This document shows positions 51,115 to 63,087 of a stretch of DNA of 64,000 bases, one piece after another. The notes under the pieces were generated by a model. That model was given only the letters and a program-made list of their open reading frames with translations. It was not told the DNA's origin and made no database searches. This DNA comes from Octopus bimaculoides. Its lineage: Eukaryota. The number at the start of each line of letters is the position of its first letter. The first letter of the stretch is position 1. The position numbers and the translations under genes were made by a program. The stretch covers positions 52,206,187 through 52,270,186 of the forward strand of contig NC_068996.1 of NCBI RefSeq assembly GCF_001194135.2. Reading direction: 5' to 3'.

Positions 51115-51492
51115 GTTTTTCATGCTTTACTCTAAGTTGGAGAAAGTCGTAAAGACTGAAACTGGTACTAAAATGTTCATGATAAAATTATTTTAGTATT
51201 TTCTACCTTCTCTTATTTTCCTTATCAACTCGTGTGTTCCTTTTCAACCTTCTACACACACACACACACATATATTGTTGATCATAAGAATTTATAAAGT
51301 TTTGAGAGAATATGAAATAATGTTTTTAATACTGGCTCTCAAGGCACATCAAAGTTACAAATAACATAAATAACAGATTGAAAAATCATTTTGACTAGAA
51401 AAAGGTTTTTTAACCTGCCATCATTTATAGCTTTATGTGATGTGCCTCGAAAGCCTATATTCTAAATAGTAATTTGTATATATATATTTATT

Positions 51493-53945
51493 GTATATAA
51501 CTAATTTAGAGAAGAACCACCATTCTACAACTCAGTCAATGAAGAACCCGTCCAAAACCATGCTGAGAGACATACCATATAAATACTAATCCAATATTTT
51601 AATCTAAAATTTTAATAATATATAATATATCATACAAAGAAACATTCATCATAAAAATATTAATCTAAAAATCAAGTAAAGTATAAATTGGACAGTAAAA
51701 ATTAAGACAATAATATAATGTATAAAAGTATAAAGTATAAAAGTCAGTACTTGTACATAAACTATGCGTGTTTCATGGTTGAATTAGGACTATATAAAAT
51801 CATAAGAAAATTCTATCCAAATTCATTAGAACGGGAAAATGAGTTTACTCCCAAAATCAGTCACTCTTCAGGTCAAATTCCTAAAAAAAAAAATACCTAA
51901 AAGCATTATAAGGAATAAGAATAAACATAAGAAATAAAATAAATAATATATAAAAAGAGACCAAACCTGTAAGGTAATCCCTAAGTTAACGGCATAAATA
52001 TTATTGTTAAATGCTACAAGCTAAAAATATTGAAATAGAGCACTATAGTGAACAAGGTTAAATCATTATGGAAGAAGTAAATAAATGTAAAAAAAACATG
52101 TTAGTGTATAAAGTTAATAAAAAACGTTTGTCAATATTGTTTAGAATAAATTTAAAAAACATGACTTATCTGCCAGCGAGTTACTGTAGATTAAACCCAA
52201 ATAAGTGTATTTTAGCATTTATACTGAAAAGTCACGTGATGAATATGGCGTCCATTACGTAGAGATGAATACATATTATATTTACTATGATAATAACGAA
52301 ATTATCGAAAAAGAAGATCTACCTAAAGTGTATCATTTATTAAAGATTTAAAATTCTTAAAACCCTCAAATCTTTCGTTATAAATTGTAATCCTAAGCAA
52401 TGAATAAGGTGGGAATGACCAAGGATGAAGTTAAGGTAGTAAAAATGATCAGAAAATCGTTTATCAGGTAAAATAATAAATTATGGGCTAGAAAAGATGC
52501 TAGGGATATTTTTGATATCCCTATGGGAGCACCGGATTGCGCTCAGGTTACAGACCTAGTAGGAATTTACTTATTAGCAAAACTCCAATTAGAAAATCTT
52601 AAATTGGAGGGTGGATTATACAGAGATGACCTCTTGCTAATAACAAAAAATTGCACAAATAGAACATTTGAAATATATAAGAAGAAAATATATAGATTTT
52701 TAAAAAGAAATGGGCTTAGGATTACAATTTATAACAAAAATTGCAATGTTCATTACTTAGATGTAAATTTTAACTTAATAACAGGTACAACCAACCTTAC
52801 CATAAAATTAACGAAAACCTGAAATATATTAATGCTAAGAGTAACCATCCACCTTCTATTAAGAAAGCGTTTGTAAATAATATAGGGAAAAGAATTTCAG
52901 TACTTTCTCCCAACTATGAGATATTCAATAAACATGCACCATATTATAATGAAGTGCTTCATAAGGCAGGATATAATAATAATATTAAATTTTTCGACAA
53001 TTCTAAATATAATTATAATTTAAAAGATGCATACACCTATTATAATAAACACAACATTAAGAATCATCTGAAGCCCGAGATAGGTAGTAATATCAACAAG
53101 AAACCTCATAGTAATAATAATAAAAATAAAATATGGCTAATAATTCCCTATGGGATACAGGTAAAAATTAACATTATTAAACAGATCTTAAACATATTCA
53201 TCACGTGACTTTTCAGTATAAATGCTAAAATACACTTATTTGGGTTTAATCTACAGTAACTCGCTGGCAGATAAGTCATGTTTTTTAAATTTATTCTAAA
53301 CAATATTGACAAACGTTTTTTATTAACTTTATACACTAACATGTTTTTTTTACATTTATTTACTTCTTCCATAATGATTTAACCTTGTTCACTATAATGC
53401 TCTATTTCAATATTTTTAGCTTGTAACATTTAATAATAATATCAATGCCGTTAACTTAGGGATTACCTTACAGGTTTGGTCTCTTTTTATATATTATTTA
53501 TTTTATTTCTTATGTTTATTCTTATTCCTTATAATGCTTTTAGGTATTTTCTTTTAGGAATTTAACCTGAAGAGTGACTGATTTTGGGAGTAAACTCATT
53601 TTCCCGTTCTAATGAATTTGGATAGAATTTTCTTATGATTTTATATAGTCCTAATTCAGCCATGAAACACGCATAGTTTATGTACAAGTACTGACTTTTA
53701 TACTTTATACTTTTATACATTATATTATTGTCTTAATTTTTACTGTCCAATTTATACGTTACTTGATTTTTAGATTAATATTTTTATGATGAATGTTTCT
53801 TTGTATGATATATTATATATTATTAAAATTTTAAATTAAAATCTTAGATTAGTATTTATATGGTATGTCTCTCAGCATGGTTTTGGATGGGTTCTTCGTT
53901 GACCAAGTTGTAGAGTGGTGGTTCGTCTCTAAATTAGTTATATAC
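51493..53945 (+). mobile_element. Penelope-like element RT fragment flanked by ~755-bp inverted repeats
   Basis: DIPMGAPDCAQVTDLVGIY..GLYRDD..YLDVNFNL..SNHPPSIKK..KAGY..KIWLIIPY (PLE RT); 51493-52247 equals the reverse complement of 53193-53945. Confidence 0.85.
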
Positions 53946-54224
53946 ATATATTATATATTACGAAATTTGGTTTAATATTACACTGAATTTTACCTGTAAG
54001 GTTGGAATAATTTTTTATTCCCTAATATTATTACTATATATATTTATTGTATATATATTTATTGTTGACAGAAAGAAAAGGGTGAGATTCGTAATTATTT
54101 CTATTTCTACTGGCACCCACAAGATTAGAATCGTTCAGCTGAAGATATAGGGGTCATGTCTGTATGTAAGGACAACTACAACTTTACTTAGCTTGACGTG
54201 TCTTCTGAATCACAACAAACCGTC

Positions 54225-54850
54225 AGAAGTCTCAGTCCCTTGTTATTCTGTCTGTGAGGCCCAACATCTGAAGACTCTTTCTTGCCACCTCATCCCATGT
54301 CTTCCTGGGTCTACTCCTTCTGCATATTTCTTCTATAATTAGAGTCTGGCACTTCTTCATGCAACTGCGTTCATTCATACACGTTACATGACCATACCAG
54401 TGCAGTCTTCTCTCTTGCACATGACATCTGATGCCTCATATACCCAGTTTTTCTCTCAAATCACTTGCACTCTGTCGTATACACACACTGACATTACCCA
54501 TCTAGCAGAGCATACTGGCTTAGTTTCTGTCAGTCCTTCACATATCCTCAGTAGTCACATCCCATGTCTCACTGCCATGTACCATAGCTGTTTGCACCCA
54601 GGCATCATACAATCTGCCTTTCACTCTGCGGGAGAGGCCCTTCATTACTAACAGAAGTAGTAGCTCTCTGAAGTTCAACCTATTCTTATTCTATGCTTTT
54701 GGAACAACATCCCCCACTACTAACTCAGTCACCTAAGTAATGGAAACTGTCAACTACTTCTAAGGAACCCCCCACCTGAGCTTTGAGGGATTCTAGTTTT
54801 TGTACATTCCTGGTGTTTAATGTACTTGCACATCTGCTACATCGAATTTA
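54225..54850 (-). mobile_element. RTE RT C-terminal fragment
   Basis: QERRLHWYGHV..RPRKTWDEV. Confidence 0.8.
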
Positions 54851-57474
54851 CATTAGAAGAATGTGATGCAAATTCATGTTTAAAAGATAAATTTGGTACT
54901 TAAATACCTTAAACACAGTATTAAACAGTGTTGCTTCAAAGAAAGTTAATAATTTTAACGTTATATAATTATATGTAATTAAAGAAAATAACATAACAAT
55001 AGATAAATAACCTACACAAAATAAATAAAAATAAGCAAAACAAATAAAATATTGCAATTAACAAATTCATAATTTATATAACCTATATATTTGAAATAAT
55101 ACATTTCATAACACACAGGAGTTAGTAATTCTTAACAACCCTCAATCAATAGCAATATAAAGCTAATACACTTTAGCTGCCATAAGTTAAATTGTGTAAC
55201 TATTGTAATAAACAACAATTTCTATATTTTTCTGTGTTTTTATTCTTAGCCTTCCAGTAAGGTTTCTAGAACTCAATTGGCTTTCATTTCTTTCTTCATT
55301 TTCGTTTGTGTTTTTTTTTCTTTTACATAACTTAAATGTCACTGGGTACAGGGTTTACCAAAAAAAATTATAAAAGTTGATAATGATTATTTTTGTATAT
55401 AACTGGAATGCCAAAAACCTGTAGATATCCTCAAGTGACTGTTACAGAAGATAAATTCTGTGGGTTAAGTGCTGTGCAAAAATCAAGAAAAAAAATCTTA
55501 AGAGACTCAATGTGAGTGTTGCAGATGAATTGATGGGTGTAATACAATGATTTAAAAGATTACAATGATTTAAAAGATGTTTAGAAGAAAGCAGAGACAG
55601 TTACTGAAATTATTACATGGAAGGAGTAATAAGAGAGCTATAAAAAATTGAGAGATTAGAAGAAAATTTTGCTAATAAAATAAATGACTATTTTTTTTTT
55701 TAGAATACTAATGAGAATAATTATGAATGGAAAGGGGACATGTTTTCATTCTTGGAGAAGTTTGTGGTTTGTTTAGAGTTAGAAACTATTCAGCTAGATT
55801 ATTATTGTGAACAGCAAGCCACATTTGCTTGAGGTAGTTTTCAACATGTAGAAGATATGGTTTTAATTTATTTATGGTTTTTCAAGATAGGTTACTGAAT
55901 TACTTATAGAAATGCATTCAATATGAAGAGTCTTCAAATTGATAATATAAATAGAGTTCATTCTCACTCTCTCTTTCTCTCACTAAAGTGTATTAATTTT
56001 TTTTTTGTTTGCTTGTTTTTGTATTTACTACTGCAAGTCAGAAAGATTTTCACTTATGGAGGGCATAAATAAAAGATTCCAAAACAAACTAAATAAATTG
56101 AAGATTGTATGATTAATGATTATCAAATGAATAACAGGATTCAAAGAGAAAGAAGATCATTAATAAAATTAAAACAGTTTGGAGAGATACACAAATTCTG
56201 AAAGACATTTTATGTAATGTTCAACTTGAACAGAACACCACTAACATCTACAGATATAGAGCAATAAGCACAAATGGTGATTATCATGTAAATCATTATG
56301 ATTATAACAATTACATTCCTCTGCCATGCTCTTTAAAAAATCTGTAATCATGTCAATGGCATCTTAAATTAAATTTTTGTTTTTGATTATGTAAAGTTTT
56401 AGAATAATTCCATTTTAATGAAAATGCACAGGAAATATTTTAATGAATTAAGTTTCAAACTGGAACAAAAAGTTTGTAATGGAATATAAATTATTAACAG
56501 TTAACTGCTGCTTTTCAAGTCACTGACTTATAATTCTGATGCATTATAAGTTTCCACAGTATCAATTCACAGGTGTTTGCTTTACACTACATCTAAAGTA
56601 AATGAAGTTCCTTGCTCAATGCTGCCCAGCAATGTTAGGAGCAAGAGTGTGCTCACAACCTTCAGGGTAGGAGTCTGCTACTTTAACAACAACAACAATA
56701 CACACAGCATCTCTGTTGTATTTTTTTTTTAAATAATTCTTTGTATAAAAAAGTGATATTGCTCATTAATTGAATACCAACATTAAAGAAAGATGATTAA
56801 GAGCTTTTTTCAAAATGTCTACCTATTCTGCTATGGAAGTCGCCATGCTTTTCTGTTAATACTGGATAATGTACTTAGTAGTATAACTTGTAGGCTTTAC
56901 ACTGAACCCAAAAAATGGAAGCTTAGATATTATTACTACTTTACTACGGACGGTCTTGGAACTAAAATAAAAAGCACATGTCATTTGATATCGAAAGCCA
57001 TTAGATAATAAGGAAATGAATTTGTATTTCTTGAATACTGAATTAATTTTTGAAAAATTTCTTCATAGAAGAATTAGTTTGGACTCAAAATGCAACCAAA
57101 AAATTAATTTTTTTCTTTCATTTCCACCCAAAATTCAAATGTTATCTGTAGCTGCCAATATAATAAGAGACATCCAAACCTATTTTAACAGATGGTGCTT
57201 ATAAATTACTTCACTAACCCATTTCAATTTCATGATTATTTTATATCTGCTTTAAGAACTTCTCTTATAAATATATTTCACTAATGTAAGTCTATTATTA
57301 ATTATATTATACCAAGTTACTGCTATAAATATCCAATATTATTGAACAGAAATGGATAGACATAAAATAAATATATCCAGAGGTATCACCAAAGAAATGT
57401 AGTACAGCAGTATGAGAGTGTAACGATCTAAAAGTAAAAATTTCCAACAACTTGAAGGAAGAATTTTTTGACTC

Positions 57475-59120
57475 TCATATGTCATCTATGTTGTAAGATG
57501 GTAATTTCAAGGTACAGTAGCCAACACCTGTTAGACTGCGTGGTAAAGCACCAACTGTTTCCCAAATGCCGGTATAAACATCAAACCTAGAAACTAATTT
57601 TTGTCCAGTCTTTGTTTGAACGTTATACCCTCCTAGAACATAAATTTGATCGTTATAAACGACACAAGATGCTTCTTTATGTGAAATGGATAATGGAGCG
57701 ATAATAGTCCACTGATCAACAGCAGGATCATAGCATTCAGATTGCATCACAGGCTGAGCTTGTTGATTTGCATTTAGGTTGCAACCTCCAAAAACAAACA
57801 GTTTATCTTGTGCCACACACATCACATGCCATCCACGTGGAGTTAACATTGTTGCCATATCTTCCCACTGATTTGTCAAAGGGTCATACCTTTGCATATC
57901 AGGAGTGAAATGATTTCCACTGTAACCACCTGAAACATAAATATAATTACCAAATACAGCTCCTGCGTGGGCGTGGTAGGACATGGGCATTGGAGCTATC
58001 AAATCCCATGTATTGTCAGAAGGATCATAACACTCTGCACTAGCAAGACTGCCATCTTTGTACTTTCCTCCAACTGCATATATCTTATTATGTAGTGCAC
58101 CAGAAAAAAAATATGCCCTTTTATTCAACATAGGACAAATTTGATACCAGTTGTCGAATTTTGGATCATATCGTAATACTAAATTCACAGCAGACTCTCC
58201 ATGAGCACATTGGGTTGTACATCCACCAAGCACATACAAAAAGTTATTAAATACGACAACTTGCATGTGACTCAAAGCACTCGGGAGAGAAGCAATTTCT
58301 TGGCGATTTAATAAACTGTTTGCAGTAATTTTTGAGTCAAATATATATATTTCATCATGGACACATGGGTTGGGATGGATTTCTCTACCACCAACACTTA
58401 CTAACCGCTCGACAAATGAACGGAGTTGAACATTAAGGGAAGCAATCAAAGGCTGTGAATGAGGAACAACATGGTAGTTGAGAGCTTGTAAAACCATCTG
58501 TCGCAATTCTGGAATAGACATCATCATATCAACACTTTGAACATGTTGAACTAAATCAGAAGGACTAATAAGTGGAAATCTTATCAGTTTCATTAAACTG
58601 ACAGCATGACTCTCATGAGCACTGTCTTGACGAAGCCAATCCCATGTTATTGTAAAGATATCAATTTCTCGAAGACTTAAATTCTCACTATTCAAGCAGT
58701 TGAGCATCTGTTCATAAGTCAATAGATGCAAGGTACCTTCACGGGCAATCTGCATCAAATTCTTTGCTATAAAAACATCAATTTGCTTCAATGCATTATT
58801 CATGCTGTAAAGTTTGGCTGTGTTGATAAAATCATAAAAATTTGTTGTTGTCATGCCACTGAGGAAATTTCTTTCACAAAATTCTATTACAGGAGTTACT
58901 TGGAGATGTGTTGCTGCAGCAATGACATCAAAAATGTCATCTCCTTCAAGACATGTAGTAGATGTATAAATTATCTCCAGAACTTTATCCAGTCCTTTGC
59001 TGGTGACACCTTTCAGTTCTATTTCTTTTTGATGACTCTCCCTCATCCCACCGGTAAACATAGAACGGAAGTAGTCCGAGCAGGAAACAAGAATAACTCT
59101 ATGAACATGGAATTTATGAC
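57475..59120 (-). CDS. Kelch-like protein (BTB-BACK-Kelch; KLHL9/13/26-like group), large second coding exon
   Basis: HKFHVHRVILVSCSDYFRSMFTGGMRES; IRFPLIS in BACK; GG-containing kelch repeats with YDP..W; acceptor ttgtttcag at 59121-59122; 136+1646 nt gives 593 aa plus stop. Confidence 0.95.
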
Positions 59121-59255
59121 CTGAAACAATAAATAAACAGGTTTTTAGGCAAATAATAAATTATTGTTGAAATAATGGTTATAATAATGAATCAGTATCA
59201 AAATAACATTTTATTTCTCAAACAATTTAATTCAGTTCTATATTTAAGAGATGAG

Positions 59256-59467
59256 CAGTATCGCCTGACTGGCCTTCGTGCGGGTGACACGTAAAAGCAC
59301 CCACTACACTCTCTGAGTGGTTGGCGTTAGGAAGGGCATCCAGCTGTAGAAACTCTGCCAAATCAGATTGGAGCCTGGTGTTGCCATCCGGTTTCACCAG
59401 TCCTCAGTCAAATTGTCCAACCCATGCTAGCATGGAAAGCGGACGTTAAACGACGACGACGATGACG
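59256..59467 (+). mobile_element. RTE 3' terminus with (GAC/GAT)n tail, intronic
   Basis: Near-identical to 44205-44410. Confidence 0.85.
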
Positions 59468-59610
59468 ACATTATTAACATTTGACGGATATTTGTCCTCA
59501 TTTTGTTTATTGTTAACACAAGGTTTTGGCTGATATACCCTCCAGCCTTCATCAGGTGTCTTGGGGAAATTTCAAACCTGGGTTCTCATTCCTAAGGTAT
59601 TTTTTCAATG

Positions 59611-59650
<40 letters not shown>

Positions 59651-59723
59651 AGTCACTGCCTGGAATCAAACTTGGAATCTTGGGGTTAGTAGCCCACGCT
59701 CTTAACCACTACACCATATGCCC
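59468..59723 (-). mobile_element. tRNA-headed SINE with (TAA)n spacer and hammerhead-like tail (left copy of an inverted pair)
   Basis: A box tggtgtagtgg (59716-59706), B box gtttgattc (59671-59663), hammerhead-like motif 59560-59516. Confidence 0.8.
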
Positions 59724-59725
59724 AC

Positions 59726-59932
59726 GGGCACATGGAGTAGTGGTTGTTTGATTCCAGGCAGTGACCTGAATAATAATAACAACATTGAAAAATACCTTAG
59801 GAATGAGAACCCAGGTTTGAAATTTCCCCAAGACACCTGATGAAGGCTGGAGGGTATATCATCTGAAACGCTGTGTTAACAACAAACAAGATGAGGACAA
59901 ATATCCGTCAATTGTAAATAATGTAAATAATG
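59726..59932 (+). mobile_element. Same SINE family, right copy with an internal head deletion
   Basis: gggcacatggagtagtggtt/gtttgattccaggcagtgacctgaataataat..; hammerhead-like motif 59832-59877. Confidence 0.8.
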
Positions 59933-59949
59933 AACAATTTAATTATCTT

Positions 59950-60325
59950 TCATCTCTTGCTTGTTTCAGCCATTATACTGTGGCCATGCTGGGGCACCAC
60001 CTTGAAGGCTTTCAGTCAACAGAATCAATCCAGTACTTACTTTTTTAAAGACTTATTTATTCTGTCAGTTTCTTTTGCTGAACCACTAAGTTACAGGGAT
60101 ATAAACAAACCAGCATTGGTTATCAAGCAGTGGTGGGACACACACACACACACATCTACATATCTACATATACAACAGGCTTCTTTCAGTTTCTGTCTAC
60201 CAAATCCACTCACAAGGCTTTGATTGGCCTGGGGCTATAGTAAAAGACACTTGCCCAAAGTGCTATGTAGTGGAACTGAACCCAGAACCATGTAGTTGGG
60301 AAGCAAACTCCTTACCAAACACCCA
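59950..60325 (-). mobile_element. CORE-like tRNA-SINE
   Basis: Reverse complement of the 27688-28064 family. Confidence 0.75.
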
Positions 60326-60990
60326 AGTAAAATACTGAAATGTTAAAGAATTGTAGTGACGTCATATTGGCGCCAAAAAGGTATAGTCGCCATTGCTTAA
60401 CCACGCATGCGTGGATTTCAACATCCAAGCGTTCCCGCTTCTATTCTGTCTCTTATCACGCCAGACAGCGAACAAGCAAGACGGTCTAAAACAAGCTCTC
60501 ATTGAGTGTGGAAGAAGCAAGTTGTCTCTCCAACGATTCATCTCTAGGGATAGTACATCTACATTCAGGCTACTCAGAAACCGGACAATTGGAAGCTGTA
60601 TATTTTCCACCATAAATAAATATTGTTGTTGTTGATCAGTTTGGAGTTCTGCGTTCCGTTCACTTCTAATTTAATATAGGAAAGTCAGGTGTACATCTAA
60701 TGATGTATAACCCACTTTCCTGAAGAATGTTGCTTCATTTCAATGATTTTCTTAGTTTTACAAAATACAAAACAAGTAATTTCTTAGAAAGGAGGCACAA
60801 GGCCAGAAATATAAGATAGCGTAAGGGGTGGGTGGGTAGTCAGTATAATAACCAACAGTTCACAAGTGGTGATTATTATTATTTTGGCCTCAGAAGAATG
60901 AATGACAAAACCGGTTCTCAGCAAGACACTGAATAATAACTAGGTGTGGTTAAATAGTAAAACACATTTAATTCATTAATTGTTATACTA

Positions 60991-61340
60991 ATCACCATCA
61001 TCGTTTAACGTCTGCTTTCCATGCTGGCATGGGTTGGACAGTTTGACACGGAACTGGCTAGCAGGGAACTGTCCGGACCCCAAATGTCTGTTGTAGCATG
61101 GTTTCTATGGCTGGGTGTCCTTCCTAATACTAACCACTTTATAGAGTGTGCAGGGTACTTTTTAAGTGCCACTGGCATGGGTGTGTTTATGCAGTACCAG
61201 CATGGGTGCATTATTGCAGCACCGGTGCAGATGCTTTTTAAGTGGCACCAGCACCTGAATGGACAAGCCTGTATGTGTGGAAGGCAGCGATTTTACTTAG
61301 CTTGACATATCTTACCAAGTACAGCAAATCACCACATCCC
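60991..61340 (-). mobile_element. RTE-type LINE 3' UTR (diverged subfamily)
   Basis: catcatcgtttaacgtctgctttccatgctggcatgggttggac..ccttcctaatactaaccactt. Confidence 0.7.
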
Positions 61341-61953
61341 CTGGCTCCTTTCCAATATTAATAGTGGTTTCAAATTTTGACACAAGGCCAGCAATTTTAA
61401 GGGAACAAGTTAGTTGATTACATCAACCCAATTGGTAATTATTTTACTGATCCCAAAAGAATGAAAGGCAAAGTTGACTTTGGTAGAATTTGAACTCAGA
61501 ATGTAATGAATCAGAAGAAAGGCTGTTAAGCATTTGTTCCAATGTGCTAACAATTCTGCCAGCTCATTGCCTTTACTCTAATGTTAATAATGATGATGAT
61601 GAAAGTGATGATAATGATGTTTATTCTCTTAAAAGAAAACTTGATCATTTAATATTCATAAAACTTTCATAGAATGAAATGCTTTAAATATTTTAATCTG
61701 TTGAGGCTGCAGTCTTTTTATTCCTAGTTTATTACAAATCAGTGTAATTGAAGACCTGGATGACTGAGTCAATAACATATTACTTATTATATCACTAGCA
61801 AGTCTTATCTTATAAACAGAATACTTTTTCTCAATGGTCAAATTTACTCTGTCATTAAGTGGGTATCACAGGTGAAATAATTTATAGGTGTAGAGAGTAG
61901 CACTCCAGAACTGAAAAGTATTTTGTTGGTTAGCATTACCTGGTTCAATTCTT

Positions 61954-62190
61954 ATTTCTTTATTGCCCACAAGGGGCTAAACATAGAGGGGACAAACAAG
62001 GACAGACAAAGGGATTAAGTCGATTACATCAACCCCAGTGCATAACTGGTACTTAATTTATCGACCCCGAAAGGATGAAAGGTAAAGTCAACCTCGGCGG
62101 AATTTGAACTCAGAACGTAGCTGCAGACAAAATACCGCTAAGCATTTTGCCCGGCGGGCTAATGATTTTGCAAGCTTGCCGCCTTGTACT
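61954..62190 (-). mobile_element. Full-length tRNA-SINE with 13-bp TSD
   Basis: TSD tggttcaattctt at 61941-61953 and 62191-62203. Confidence 0.9.
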
Positions 62191-62584
62191 TGGTTCAATT
62201 CTTTTAGTAGGGAAAGGTATCTATGATAGACCAGTGTCTTATCCACTGAATGCTACAGAAACCAGAAATGACCATCTGATGGGTATTTGGCTGTGGTTCT
62301 AAAAGAATTGGTTCAGTTAAATAATCCATAGCTTAGAAACTATATCATTTGTGAAACCCAGATAAGCTATTCAGAGTTGACAGTTGGTGTGATCCGTGAT
62401 AGATATCTATTGATCTCTACATGATTTCCAGTGGAAAAGGCATGTCTTGCTTGAGCAGAGTGCCCATGCAGTATCCAGTTTGAAAAAGAAAATATAACTA
62501 TGGTTGCAAAACGACTTTCAACAAATTATTAATCAATTTTCTACAACAGAATAGCACAAAATTTCTTAGAAAACTGTCATTGTG

Positions 62585-62819
62585 TTAACACTTTAGCACT
62601 CAGATTACTCTGTCAAATGAAATGCTAATACATTTCCATTATTTTGAATTAACTATGCATTGTCTCATAGCTTATAGCTCCGAGATTTCAACGGTCTGAT
62701 TGTTTAATTTTAGAATGATAATGTAGGGTAGGTGTAAGAGGCCAGATCCGATCAGTTTGAACATAAAATAGGTAGAACATTTAGGCCAGATATGTCGAGT
62801 TTAAATGTTAAATGGTTAA
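62585..62819 (-). mobile_element. piggyBac-type MITE
   Basis: ttaacactttagcactc ... aaatgttaaatggttaa termini; interior matches 3828-4042 in reverse. Confidence 0.65.
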
Positions 62820-62951
62820 CAGTGAGATGGGTGATGGGCCCCAAATATGGCTCTCTGTATCATCTACAGTAAACAGTAAATACAATTTCTGGCTTAGTTG
62901 ATTATCCACATAATGTCTCAAATAGAATTTCTATAACACCTAAAATCTTAC

Positions 62952-63087
62952 CTTCAGCAATAAGAGTCACATCACACAAAATTTTGTCATGTTTCAATTT
63001 ATTAAGACCCTGTAGAATTTTCATGCCATGTTCTTTCTCCTCTGCCTTTAAGCTTTCATTTTGCTTTTTATCTGGACATTCAGCCAT
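62952..63087 (-). CDS. Kelch-like protein, first coding exon (MAECPDKK..ILCDVTLIAE)
   Basis: ILQGLNKLKHDKILCDVTL is a typical KLHL BTB start; donor gaag|gtaag at 62951; G|GT rebuilds Gly. Confidence 0.92.

Noticed and set aside
58726-59124. 132-aa + strand ORF
   Set aside because: Antisense shadow of the KLHL exon with no independent support
59650-59723. tRNA-like heads here and in other SINEs as tRNA genes
   Set aside because: No intact acceptor stem or T-run terminator; they continue into repeat bodies
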